From Mobula birostris (taxonomy: Eukaryota): a DNA stretch of 64,000 nucleotides. The stretch lies in NCBI RefSeq assembly GCF_030028105.1, contig NC_092383.1, positions 86,075,921 through 86,139,920 on the forward strand. The letters run 5' to 3'. A program made the translations under genes and the position numbers. Every line of letters starts with the position of its first letter. Position 1 is the first letter of the stretch. Shown here in pieces: positions 38,138 through 51,477 of the stretch. Below the pieces are notes generated by a model. It was given only the letters and a program-made list of their open reading frames with translations. It searched no databases and was not told the origin of the DNA.

Positions 38138-38552
38138 AGTACACTGGATGAACTCAGCACGCCAGGCAGCATCAGTGGAAACGATGAGTCGACGTTTCGG
38201 GCCGGGACCCTTGGTCAGGACTGCAGAATGAAGAAGGTGGAAGGATTTGAAGAATGCTTGTAGGTTCAGTTGAAAGATCAGTAATTTGAAAGACAAAGGT
38301 TTGGGATGAGGATGCTTCGAGGATGCTTCCCCTTCCCCTCCCCCTCCCTTTGTCTTTCAAATTACTGGTCTTTCAACTGAACCTACAAGCATTCTTCAAA
38401 TCCTTCCACCTCCTTCATTCTTCAGTCCTGACCAAGGGTCCCGGCCCGAAATGTCGACTCATCGTTTCCACTGATGCTGCCCGAGGTGCTGAGTTCATCC
38501 AGTGTACTGTAAGTGTTGCTTTGATCACAGCATCTGCAAATTATTTTGTGTT
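38138..38552. mobile_element. 415-bp foldback (inverted-repeat) Penelope-derived insertion
   Basis: Arms of about 160 bp are reverse complements. 14-bp TSD gaagaaatatgatc (38124-38137 and 38553-38566). Nested in a Tc1-like element. Confidence 0.85.
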
Positions 38553-41103
38553 GAAGAAATATGATCGAAGTGACTTTGACCGTGGATTGATGATTGATGC
38601 CAGACAGGGCTGTTTGAGTATCTCAGAAAATGCTGATCTCCTGGAATTTTCATACACAAGTTTCTGGAGATTTTAGAGAATGGTGCAAAAAAACCAAAAA
38701 ATAAAACGTCAGAACGTCAGATCTGTGACAAACACACCTTGTTAAAGAGAGAAGTCTGAGGAGAACAGCAGACTGGTTCAAGTTGGGAGGAATGTGACAG
38801 TAATTCAAACAACCATGTGTTATGACAGTGGTGAGTAGAAGAACATCTCTGAAACCACAACAAATCAAACCTCGAAATGGATCGTCTTTAGCAGCAGGAA
38901 ACCACAAATATACTCTCAGTAGTCACTTCATCAGGTATAGGAGATACATAATAAAGAGGCGACCGAAGGTACTGTATATAGAAATATAGAAAACCCACAG
39001 CACAATACAGGCCCTTTGGCCCATAATGCTGTGCCGAACGTGTACTTACTTTAGAAATTACCTAGGGTTACCCATAGTCCTCTATTTTTCTAAGCTACAT
39101 GTACCTATCTAGATGACTCTTAAAAGAACCTAGTAGATGCCCCCAACAGACTCACGGGGCTGCATGAATTGTGTGCATCACATCATATGAACATTGAGAT
39201 TGTTTTATCAGGCAGGCACTCTCATTAGCTGTTTGATGGTTATTTCCAGGAAAGATCTTTGTCTGGAACCTCTGCCCTCTGTACTTTCCTTATGAAACAC
39301 AATGTGGAGATACTGCAGTGGGTACTCCAGAATGACAACTTCTTCCATCCTCTTCCTTGATTGCCCCATCACATCAGAAAAGTGCTCAGCAAACTACAGT
39401 ACCAGGTGCTGATGAGAACAAGTATGTAGATATGAATCACAACCTGTGTTTCACTGGTGGATTAGAGTTTCAACATTTTACAACAATTCAATGAAGTGCA
39501 TAAAAATGTTGTTTAATCATATTTGCACAAAGCAAAACTCAATCCTGTAAACTGAACTATGGAATCTTGCAATGTTTACCACTCTGTGCTTTGTGATGCC
39601 CAATGATAGTGTAAGGCTCCATTTTAAGGCAATCCTTCCCATCAGTGGGGCAACTGCATCTGGAAATACCTGTGGCTAATCAACATTCATGAGATAACAG
39701 TGACCTGAAGAGGTTATGAACTCAAAACAGACTCTGGTCATATTGCATCACTTTCTCACAAATCAGGTGAAGGACGTTATGTCACATGATCATTTGTACC
39801 TGATTAGGAGTAAGTAATTATGTTTTCGAACATCATGATTACAACAATGGAGTTCTCCTTCTGTCATTTTTAAATAAGATGATTTATTGTACAATTTCGG
39901 GTTACAGTCACAGATCGGCTTTGAGATACACCACATCTCCTGTTAGGAATTTCACAACCAGTTGACTGATACAAGATGCAACAAGTTGTGCATCACTCAT
40001 TTTATTCATCTCCCTATACTACTTTCTATTGCTCTCTGTCCTTTGACACCCTTGTACAGTGACATCAATTGTACCTGTATTGAGTAATTCTTCACAGCAA
40101 TCACTGTGTAGCAATATTTCTGAACACAAAAGCAAAATAAGATAGTGGCATGTTCAATTGTTGTGGCTTCTATGAGCTCAACCAAATGTGTCATTGCCCA
40201 TTTTAAATGTAGTTTTTACAAACACCAGACCCTCCTGGACATTAACAATATTTCTGAACACACAAGCAAAATAAGGTGGTGGCATTTTCGATCATCGTGA
40301 CTGTACTTTACTAATATCTTAAATGTGTTATAGGTACTTTGTGCCGTGTGTGACTATTGGTACTATGTTTTGTACCTTGGCCCCAGAGTAACGCTGTTTC
40401 ATTTGTCTGTATTCATGCATATTTGTGTATGGTGGTTGATTGACAATAAAACTTGAACTATGAACCATGAATATGTACCTATCTGAAATGAAATCTTTGA
40501 ATAATAGAAATACCCAGTATGTCCGACAGCTTCTGAAGAGATAAAAGTCAAGCTAATACTTCATAAATTTGTTCTGATAGAATGTCAGAATGAGTGATAA
40601 CTGTTTCCCTTTTCTGAAGATTCACAACTGTTGACAGCAAAGGGAAGTCTTGGAGCTTGAATGTGATCAATTTCCCATTAATGCATTTTAGTTCGAAACA
40701 AGACCCTTTTTTGATAATATCAGTTTATGAAGAAACATCTTAATTGATTATCATTCACTAGTTTTTAGAATAAACAACATCTGCAGGCATTTGAATCTAT
40801 AGAACAAAGTTTAACAGCGTAAAAGGGTATTAATTAGTTCACAGATATGTAAGGGTTAACATTTTTGCTGGGGTGATGAAGGAAACATTGGGAAAACTAC
40901 TGTAATATCGATATCAATGAGGGTAACGTTGGAGAAGGAATTCAAAAATCAAAGTCACTGCCTTGAAGGATGACGACATTGTCTTGTTATTTTTTTATGC
41001 TCATGGAGTCAACAGTTGAATTCTCACAGCACAAAGTGGGAAGAAAATCGAATATTTGATCTTGATGCAAAATTCCAGCACAGTCAGTGTAATCTGAGAG
41101 TCT

Positions 41104-41154
41104 TCACTTTACCTCCTCGACCACCGTACTGTGAGGATCAGATTCATCACGTCT
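41104..41154 (-). CDS. Cytoplasmic exon, copy B: RRDESDPHSTVVEE(VK*)
   Basis: Orthologous to 759-809 with conserved splice signals and stop. Confidence 0.6.
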   Translation of the reverse strand, partial: RRDESDPHSTVVEEVK

Positions 41155-41353
41155 CTGCAAAAGGCAATGGTCAGCCCGTCAGATTCTTCAACAATGTGAT
41201 TTCTGCTTTATTTCACTCACTATGAAATTCCGTCTGAAACAAGCATTCCATACATTGACATCAAGCATTCCACACACAAGAGAGCATGTCAAAGTTGAGT
41301 AGTATCGTGATCAGTATATTTGAAAGCGATTCCACTGATGCCCATAAGCCTAC

Positions 41354-41444
41354 CTTAGTTTCTCTTGTGAACCACATGACTGAACTGGTGCTGATCATCA
41401 GGAGAGTGAAAAGCAGCCAACGACCCACCTGCCATATCATGAAA
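41354..41444 (-). CDS. TM exon, copy B: FMIWQVGRWLLFTLLMISTSSVMWFTRETK
   Basis: Intact splice sites; Arg retained. Confidence 0.8.
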
Positions 41445-41585
41445 CTGAGCAAAGGGGAAGAGATATAGAATCAGTGCGAGGAAGTGAGGTGGCTTTGTGT
41501 TTGAAACATTTGCCTCGTGTTTCCACTGTAATTTTAGTGGAGTAGAGTGAAGTAAAGCAGCTGAGCCAGCAAGTTCAAACAGGCA

Positions 41586-41902
41586 NNNNNNNNNNNNNNN
41601 NNNNNNNNNNNNNNNNNNNNNNNNNNNNNNNNNNNNNNNNNNNNNNNNNNNNNNNNNNNNNNNNNNNNNNNNNNNNNNNNNNNNNNNNNNNNNNNNNNNN
41701 NNNNNNNNNNNNNNNNNNNNNNNNNNNNNNNNNNNNNNNNNNNNNNNNNNNNNNNNNNNNNNNNNNNNNNNNNNNNNNNNNNNNNNNNNNNNNNNNNNNN
41801 NNNNNNNNNNNNNNNNNNNNNNNNNNNNNNNNNNNNNNNNNNNNNNNNNNNNNNNNNNNNNNNNNNNNNNNNNNNNNNNNNNNNNNNNNNNNNNNNNNNN
41901 NN
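41586..41902. other. Assembly gap (317 N)
   Basis: Run of N. Confidence 1.
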
Positions 41903-44215
41903 AGATCTAATTACTGGGACATGACTGCAGAAAAATGAGGACTGTGAATCAGAAATTGCAAAGTGAAAATAAATTTTGGAATGAAAGAGAAGGAAATAAA
42001 GTTTAGAGGTGCGATGATGATAAAGAAATACATTTGAAGGAAGTGGACACTGCCGTAAGGAAGACAGTAATAGAGTGCACATGGATAGATGTGAAAGATA
42101 ATAAATGACGCGTGACTGATGGTGAAAGGGAGAAGGGACATGATATAATGCAGACAAATTAGAATGATTAATATAGGGTTGTGAGGTGGAGATACATCTC
42201 TACCAGAGGTGTAAGGCCCGAAGACAAAGGAGTAGAATTAGGCCATTCATCCCATCGAGTCTGCTCTGCCATTTCGTCACGGCTGATCATGGATTCCACT
42301 CAATTCCACACACCTACCTTCTCGCCATATTCTTTGACATCCTGAGCAATCAGGAAACGATAAACTTCGGCCTTAAATAAACGCAAGAACTTGGCCTCCA
42401 CCGCAATCTGTGGTTGAGCATTCCACAGATTTATGACTCTCTGGCTAAAAATTTCTTCCTTACCTCCGTTCTAAAGGGTCAGACCTCAATTTTGAGGCTG
42501 TGCCCTTTAGTTCTGGATACCCCCACTGCAGGAAACATCCTCTCTACATCCACCCTATATAGTCCTTTCTGCATTTGGTAGGTTTCATGAAATCTCCACG
42601 CTTCCTTCTAAATTCCATTTAGTACAGGTCCAAAGGTGCAGAGCCTCCTCATAAATTAAGTCCTTCATTCCCGGAATCATCCTCGTGAACCTCCACTGGA
42701 CTCTCTCCAAAGGCAACATATTCTTTCTGAGATATGGGGCCCAAAACTGTAGACAATATTCCAAGGGCAGCCTGATCAGTGTCTTATAAAGACTCAACAT
42801 TATCTCCTTGCTTTTATATTCTGTTCCCCTTGAAAGAAATGACAACAATGCATTTACCTTCTTTACGACAGTTTCAGCCTGTAAATTAACCTTCTGGGAG
42901 TCTTACACGAGGTCTCCTAAATCCCTCTGCAACTATGATGTTTGAAACTTCTCCCCGGTTAGATAATAGTGCACACTATTGTTCCTTTTAAATAAATGCA
43001 TTATCATACATTTCCCCACACTGTATTCCATCTGCCACACTCTGCCCATTCTTCCAATTTGGACTAAGTCCTGCTGCAATCGCTTTGCTTCCTCAGCAGT
43101 ACCTACCACTGCACCTATCTTTCTGCCACCCACAAAGTTTGCCACAAAGCCATCAACTCTGTTATCTAAATCATTGACAAACAATGTGAAAAATTGTGGT
43201 CCAATACTGACCCCTGTGGAACACCACTAGTCACTGGTAGCCAACCGGAAAAGGCCCCCCTTATTCCCATTCACTGCCTCTTACCTGTCAGCCATTCTGC
43301 TATCCAAGCCAGTATCTTCACTGTAACCCCATAAGATTTTATCTTGTTAAGTAGCCTCATGTGTGGCACCTCATCAAATGCCTTTGAAAGTCCAAGTAAA
43401 TGACATCCACTCCCTCTCCTTTGTCCATCCTACTAGTTACTTCCTCTAAGAACTCGAACAGATTTGCCAAGCAAGATTTCCCTTCAGAGAAACCATGCTG
43501 TCTTTGACTTATTTTATCATTAGACTCTAGGTACCTTGAAATCTTGTCCTTAATAATAGACTCCAACACTTTCCCAATCACCGAGTTTAGACTAACTGGC
43601 CTATAATTTCCTTTCTTTTACATTCCCCCTTTCTTAAAGAGTGGAGTGACAGTTGCAATCTTACATTCCTCTGGGACCATGCCAGAATCGAATTATTCTT
43701 GAACGATCATGACCAATGAATCCATTATCTCTTCTGAAACCTCTCTCAGGACTCTGGGATGTAGTCCATCTGGTCAAGGTGTCTTATCCATGTTAAGACC
43801 TTTGAGTTTGCCTAGCACTTTTTTCCTTTCTAATAGCAATGGCAGTCACTCCTGCTCCCTGACACTCACGGACCTCTGGCACACTGCTGGTACCTTCCAC
43901 AGTGAAGACAGATGCAAAGTACCTATTAAGTTCATTTGCCATTTCTTTGCCTCCCATTACTAGCTCACCAGCATAATTTTTCAGTGGTCCAGTATCATCT
44001 CTCTCCTCCCTTTTACTCTGTATATAACCGAAAAAAGCCTTTGGTATTCTGCTTTATATTATTGACTAGTCTGCCCCCATATTAAATCTTTTCACTTCTT
44101 ATAGCTTTTATAGTTGCCTTAGTTTTGATTTTAAAAGATCACCAATCATCCAACTACCCACTCACCTTTGCTACCTTATATGCTCTTTCCATGGCTTTAA
44201 ATGCAGTCCTTAACT

Positions 44216-45081
44216 TGTCACAGAGGTGAGGAGCAAGGGTGGACCCAAATGCAAGACACAAACACGTCTTGTGAGGTTAACTAAATTGAGCTTATTGCTT
44301 GTTACAAGGAGAGCATAGCAGAAGCGGGAATAGTGTAAAGGACAAGGACACAGACCCTGGACTAGGCTGGGACTAAGGGTCTGGGCTAGGACGTGGAACC
44401 ACAGACCTCAGAGCCAGGGCTTGATATTTGAAACCCCCAGAGCCAGGGCTTGATACTTGAAAACCCCAGAGCCAATACTTGATACATAGACACAGGACGG
44501 AGTCGGGACTCTTCTAAGTCATGGGACAGACTCAGACACAGGACATAAAACATTGAGCCGGGAATCCTCCTTCGACACAGGACGGAGTCGGGACTCTTCT
44601 TGACACAGGGTCAGGACCCTTCCAGGGTACAGGGCCGGGACCCCTTTTAGATGCAGGACATGGATATGGTGACCACACAGCGACGGACAGTACTATAACT
44701 GGGCACAGGTACGTTCCAAGCAGCGGCAAGCTCTTGACTCACCCTGGCGGGTTAACTTTGACTGACCCGCTCTGGCAAGGGAAGGTGGCTTGCTGGCATT
44801 TGCTTCGGGAGGGGACTTGGTTTGCTCCGGCAAGAAACTTAATTGGCTCTGGCCAGATGACGTTGGCTCGCACTACCTTTGGTGACTTCGTTAACACTCT
44901 TGCGCAGAACGGTTGAAAGCCAGAGACTGTTAAACTGCTGGTTCAGCCGAGAGTAAATTGACTCTAATCACCGAGCCTGAGAGACATGAGAAAACAGGGA
45001 ACCAAAGGGAAATGGAGTCAATGGTCCGGATCGTAACACAAGCAAAGTAAATTTAAATGGAACCCGATCCAGACCATGACA
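44216..45081. mobile_element. Solo LTR (866 bp) with internal tandem repeats, specific to copy B
   Basis: TG...CA termini, 5-bp TSD taact, empty site near 3610. Confidence 0.88.
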
Positions 45082-45769
45082 TAACTTCCTTTGTCAGCCA
45101 CAGTTGCCTCCCCCTGCCATTTGATAACTTCTTCCTCTGTGGGACATATCTATCCTGTGCCTTGTGAACTATTCCCATAAAATTTAGCCATCTCTGCTCT
45201 GCCGTCATCCCTGCCGGTATCTCCACCAATCCATCTGCACAAGCTCTTCTCGCATGCCTCGTTAATTCACTTTTTCCATTGCGATCCTGTTACATTTGAG
45301 TTATGCTTCTTCCTCTCAAATTGCAGTATGAAGTCAGTCATATTATGATTACTGCCTCCTAAGGCTTCCTTTACATTAAACTGTCTAATAAGATCTGGGT
45401 TATTACACCATACCCAATCTAAGGTGCTCCTTCCCTCTGCTAGTCTGCTGGTCATCCTTGGGCAAGGTGTAGCACTTGTTTAGCTCTACAGATGAGGGTG
45501 GCATGAAGCCATTGGAGCAGGTACTGGGTGGTCATATGAGCAGTTGGCTATGTGATCAATGATGCCAGGTAGACAATCTCTGAAGTGTATTGATAATGGC
45601 TGGGATAACCTGTCTTATAAAGACACTGTCCATAAGAGATCAATGGTAAACAACTTCTGTGGAAAAATTTCCCAAAAATAATCATAGTCATGGAAAGACC
45701 ATGATCATCCAAGTCATACGACACGCCACAAAACAAATGAATGAATATGAAACCGAGAACATACATAGA

Positions 45770-46284
45770 ATAGTACAGCACAGTACAGGCCCTTCGGCCC
45801 ACAATGTTGTGCCGACCCTCAAACCCTGCCTCCCAAATAAGCCCCCACCTTAAATTCCTCCATATACCTGTCTAGTCGTCTCTTAAACTTCGCTAGTGTA
45901 TTTGCCTCCACCACTGACTCAGGCAGTGCATTCCACGCACCAACCACTCTCTGAGTAAAAAAACCTTCCTCTAATATCCCCCTTGAACTTCCCACCTCTT
46001 AACTTAAAGCCATGTCCTCTTGTATTGAGCAGTGGTGCCCTGGGGAAGAGGCGCTGGCTATCCACTCTATCTATTCCTCTTATTATCTTGTACACCTCTA
46101 TCATGTCTCCTGTCATCCTCCTTCTCTCCAAAGAGTAAAGCCGTAGCTCCCTTAATCTCTGATCATAATGCATACTTTCTAAACCAGGAAGCATCCTAGT
46201 AAATCACCTCTGTACCCTTTCCAATGCTTCCACATCCTTCCTATAGTAAGGTGACCAGAACTGGACACAGTACTCCAAGTGTGG
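45770..46284 (-). mobile_element. CR1 3' fragment, specific to copy B
   Basis: MLPGLE..YSLERRRM..TRGHG; absent near 4430. Confidence 0.8.
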
Positions 46285-46708
46285 CCTAATCATTGGTGAT
46301 CAGAAAAAGAACCTCATTATTCCTGGACTGGTGTTCATCTGGGGATGGAGGAATTTTCAACAAACTTCATTACAAATCCAAAAGCCAATAAGAGAATTTG
46401 AAAATTGAATCAACTGCAGAATCAATCAACCAGAGCATGCATAAAAGCAAAAAGATGTTAAAACAATAAAATGTATGTTATCGTGATTTAAAAAATGATG
46501 TTGGCATAAAACAAATTAATGCATTAGGAAAAAACAAATGTTGAGCGGCTCTGCATAGAGATTTGGAAGATAAAGTGTGCAAGAAGAAGGGAGTACACTC
46601 AGAATGCTTGGTCTCAGAGAACATTCAGCATAATATCAGCAAGGGCCAAACATAGAACTAGCAATAAGAACATTGTACCATTAAGCAAAACTGAATCAAG
46701 TGATTTAC

Positions 46709-46745
46709 CTTACAGATGACACTGTTGTAAATGAATATTCACGTC
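46709..46745 (-). CDS. Stalk exon, copy B
   Basis: Identical to 4857-4893. Confidence 0.7.
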
Positions 46746-47976
46746 CTGTTGAGGCAAGGAATGAAAGTTCAGTCTCACGTGGATGTGTTTTCCAAATGTT
46801 GTCAAGCAGGAGTGCACAATGTCGTATTTGGCATATAAGTGTCAAGAGTTATGCAACAGGATCACGTTTCTGTTCTCAATGACAAAGCGACTCCAGTTTA
46901 CTACAAAATGCTGGAGGAACTGATCAGATCTGGCAGTATCTACAGAAATGAATAAACAGTTGACATTTCTTATGGGGTCTCAGCCTGAAACATCAATTGT
47001 TGATTTCATTCATAGATGCCGCCTGACCTGCTGATTTCCTCCACAATTTTGTATATGTTGCTCTTCTTGTCCAGCATCTGCAGAATCTCTTCTGTTCCTG
47101 CTCTAATATTGGTCAACCGAATGTCATTGACATCAGAGAGTTATACAATATGGGAACAGGCCCTTCAGCTCAGCTCATTCACACTGACCAGCCTGAGCTC
47201 GTCGTTCCACCTGGTTGGATTAGTCCCATTTCCCTTTTCTATATATGTGCTGGTATAGAAATCTTCTCTTTATTTTTACTGTACCCATGGCTACCACTTC
47301 CTCTAGCAGCTCACTCCATATACCCACTGCCCTCTGTGTGAAAAACATGCCCCTAAGCTCTTGTTAAATCCTTCCCCTCTCTTCCTCAAACTTTAGACCA
47401 AACCACTATAGAAAATAATACTGTCAACATTCACATTATCAATTCCCCTCATGAATTTTCATAATAAAGAATCAAAGTACATTCTTCGACCTGGAACACA
47501 GTTATTTGGAAATGCATCATATAGTGTCACGTCCCACCTCTCTTGAGTTTTTGGTTTGTAAAGTAACCACTACATTGCCAATGACGTAAAAGTGTCTGGG
47601 TTGATGATGATATTAGGGCTCCCCAACTGTATATAGATAGATGAATGTGGAGCCAAAACATGCAGAATAGGTTTGAGGTTATGAACCTCAATGTAAGGAA
47701 CCTAAAAATAGATTGTTATCTAGAGTAAAATATTATTTTAAAAAAACTGCACATGAGTGAAAAAAGGCATCCAGGTGTCTTCTGAACAAATAGAAAAAAA
47801 AGTTTTTGCATGACAGTTTGTAAGAAAAGCAAATGGTGTACAGTCCTTTATTGCAAGAGGTTTGGAGTTTCAACAGAATGAATTCTTGTTGCACTGCAGG
47901 CGGTGTTGTTGAGACCATGTCTGGAATACTCTGTGTAATTTTATTCATTCAGTTTAAGGAAGGATATACTGATTGG

Positions 47977-48239
47977 GAACCGGCTGGTGGCGTAGTGGCA
48001 TCAGTGCCGGACTTCGGGATGAAAGGTCCCGAGTTCTAATCCAGCTGGCTCCCCTGCACACTTCCCATCCGTGCTGGGTTACGAGCTGGTGATCTCTTTG
48101 CAAACTCACCTCGCAGAAGGCAATGGCAAACCACTGCTGTAACTTGCTTCGTACGCGGTTCCCCACTACGTCAGAGAGGCGTGGAGGGAAATCGTCTGCT
48201 AACCGGAGAAACTCCGGATGCGACGTACCTTTCCTTTTT
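47977..48239 (+). mobile_element. tRNA-derived SINE with RTE-like 3' part, specific to copy B
   Basis: A box tggcgtagtgg, B box gagttctaatcc, gaaggcaatggcaaaccact motif, T-rich tail and 12-bp TSD tatactgattgg. Confidence 0.85.
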
Positions 48240-49958
48240 TATACTGATTGGAGGAAGTTCAGCACAGACTTATTGGGATGGCTCCTCACTATTGGAGCCA
48301 CAGCTCTGCTAATTAAATTTGCCGACAACATTTCATTGATTGGCCTTATCTCAAATAATAACAAGGCAGCCTATTGAGAAGAAGTCATCACCCTGTCAAG
48401 AAAACAACCTCTCCTTCAAAGTCGCGAAAACAAAGAAGCTGGTTGTGGACAACAGGAGAAACGGAGACAGTCTCACCCCGATTGACATCAATGGATCTGG
48501 GGCTGAGAGGGTAAATAGCTTTAAGTTCCTCAGTATACACATCACCGAAGACCAGCTGCGTGGTGAAAAATGCACAACAGGACCTCTTTCATCTCAGACG
48601 GTTGAAGAAGTTTGACCTGAGTCCTCAAATCCTAAGGACTTTCTACAGGGGCACAACTGAGTGCATCCTGACTGGCTGCATCACTGCTATGGATGCAAAC
48701 TGTACTTCACTCAATCGCAGAGTTTGGTGAGAACAGTCCAGCGCATCAATGGATGTGAGCTCCCCACTATTCAGGACATTTACAGCGACAGGTGTGGACC
48801 CAAAGGATCCATGGGGACCCAAGTCAACCCAATTATGAACTGTTCCACCTGCTACCATCCGAGAAACGGTACCACCGCATTAAAACCAGGACCAGCAGTC
48901 TCTGGGACAGCTTCTTCCACCAGGCCATTAGACTGATGAATTCACACTGATACAATTGTATTTCTATGCTATATTGATTGTTCTGTTGCACATACTATTT
49001 GCTGAAAATTACTATAAATTGCACATTGCAGATTCAGTCGGAGACGCAACATAAAGGTTTTTAATCCTCTTGTGTGAAGGATAAGGAACAGAGTCAATTC
49101 AATTCAGTTCAATTGATGTTGGAGACCAAAGCTGACAAGGCCTTTTGTAGCTTCATAAAACTTTGGGTAGGTCACATCGAAAACAATAATATGTAGTTCT
49201 GTTTGCAACCATGTGCAAAGGATGTAGATGTTTAGGAAAGGATAAATGCCTTGCTAAAGGTCTACATAAGCAACATCCACTGCCTTGCCTTTATCCACTT
49301 TCCTGGTAACCTTCCCAATAAAATCTACAAGTTTGATTAGACATGTACTACCACACACGAAGCCATGCTGACTATTCTTAATCAGCCCTTGTCTATCCCA
49401 ATATGATATGTCTTTCCGGTCAATTAGAATACATTCCAATAACTTTTCTGCAACTGATGCGAGATTCACTGCCCTACAATTTCCTAATTTATGCTTTGAG
49501 CCTTTTTTCAACAGCAGAACAGCACTGGCTACTCCCCGATCCTCTGGTACCTCTCCTGTTGCTAAGAATAGTTTAAGTATGTTGTCAGGGCCCAGATATT
49601 TTCTGCACGTGTCTCCCACCAGGTCCGAGGGAACAGCTTAACAGGCCCTGGGGATATTTCCACAGTGATATGCCTCAGGATAGCAAACACCCCCTCCTCT
49701 GACAGAGTGACATTTCATGGAGTTCGAAGGCAGGAAAATGTGCTGAGCTTTCCACTGGAAATTGGTGTCCCATCAGTGGGTCAGACCCTGCACTGGGTGA
49801 GAGCAACATGAGGGGGTTTCCACTACCCTTGTCCACTCCCTGCAGGGCTCTGCATTACTGTGGAGCCTCCGGATATTCCTGCTGCCCTGACTCTTCCCAG
49901 AGAATATATGAATCGGACATTGCAGTAGGGACATCAACTCAGTCAATGAGAAACCTAC

Positions 49959-50252
49959 CGACAGATACTTGTGGATGATTGCCAGATGTTGAAATTCCAC
50001 ATCTGTAATGTCCTGTATCATTAGAGACAAGATTCTCCATAGTAACAGTAAATATTCCCTGGGATGTGTTGTCTCTGATTATCATTCTTCCATGCTGCTT
50101 ATTTTGCCCATTTGTATTCACTAACGATGTGCATTGACGATCCCACATGCGGCACAAATACTTTGTTTGTGAACGGTACATTGGTGAATAGTGACAATCG
50201 ATTGTGATCGCTCTTCCCACAACTCCTACTTTATCTTCTGCCCATAAGGCAC
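49959..50252 (-). pseudogene. V2 exon, copy B, with in-frame 3-nt and 18-nt deletions (G strand lost)
   Basis: 294 nt vs 315 nt. Reads GNHP-QVSV instead of GNHPVCDVHLQVSD; retains DTGHYRC. Confidence 0.8.
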
Positions 50253-50609
50253 CTGAAACTGAAGGAGAAGCTTCTCAGAAAATGCACAGGTAAAATCAAA
50301 TTAACACAGGGAGATTCAACATTCTAGATCGTTTCATGTCATTTCCTGTACAAAGGTGTAAAGGAGAACAAAATCATTATCACACTGGATCTGAAACAAA
50401 AGATAAGAAATGCAATCATTATAATAAAGATATTTTATATAAATCTGTCACTGTGTTCTAAGGAATCTGGCACACTGTCAATTGGTGTAATTGAATTCCA
50501 CATATTCTGAGAAGACAATAGCATCGTCCCTCATCACGTGATCACAGCTCTTCACAAGTAATGATTTTTTTTTTGATTGGAGTCATCGTTGTCACTACCT
50601 ACTAATGTC

Positions 50610-51477
50610 TGTTACGTACTCCGTAACTGGGTTGCCAAACCAGCAGAAATGGATCACTCAGTTGGAGTCTGGATTACTAGATCTAAGAAAGTTTTATTAA
50701 AGAAACAAGCAACACAGTAATCGAAAGGATAATAAATGCAACAGTTCAGCAATGATAAACACACATGTGCACAGAATTAAGATAACAGGATCAATCAAGC
50801 TCTATCGTTGTCTAGGGGTAAATGACCAATTTCAAAGTGACACAAAGTCCAGTACAATTTAGTTCAGTTCGCAGTAATCGTTGCCATGGCAATGGACAAT
50901 GTGGGGGGAAGGAGAGAGAGAACAAGAACGAATGATCATTCAAAACGGCTTCCACACACAAACCTGCGATATTGCTCACAAGCAGCTTTCGGGGAGTCCT
51001 TTGTGATGTCACCTGAGGTCACCGACTGTGACCCCTCCTCCAGATGCGGTCGATCCTCTGCAGTGAACCTGGCAGCCAAGCAAGGGTGGACACACACCGG
51101 GTTCCCGCTGATCGTACCTTTCCACCCTGTGTGTCTATGGCTTGGTTCCGCAACCAGCCTTCCAAACGACTCCCGCCGACTTGCGGGGGGGGGGGGGGCA
51201 CCGCTTCCAGGGTCTCGTTACCTCGGGTGTCGTGTGTGTCCTGCCTTAGCGAACCTGTCCCTTTTTATCCCCCTGCTGGGGTATCGCCTGTCCAGACTTC
51301 AAACAGTTCAGGGTTCAAAGGGTGAGCCGCTCTAGACAGCTCTCTCTCCCGTCCCTTCATTACACATCTCCAAATGCTGCTCCATTGTCTTCCTTATCTC
51401 TCTCTCTCCCGAAGACAGGTGGCAGACCAACTGCTGATCACACAGGACAGTTAATATCTATGTGTATTCTTGTCACA
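50610..51477. mobile_element. Solo LTR (868 bp), specific to copy B
   Basis: TG...CA termini, TSD tgtc, homologous to 27574-28402. Confidence 0.88.

Larger units (their letters stand above)
32930..39560. repeat. Older diverged duplicate of about 25640-30300, broken up by TEs
   Basis: Patches at 32930-33960, 37930-38020 and 39330-39560 match 25640-26400, 27530/28410-28480 and 30030-30250 in the same order. Confidence 0.6.

Noticed and set aside
41534-42157. 207-aa ORF
   Set aside because: Artefact of translating through the N gap.
44400-44610. Short tandem repeats resembling a CRISPR-like array
   Set aside because: Irregular adjacent repeats inside an LTR with no unique spacers, in a eukaryotic context.
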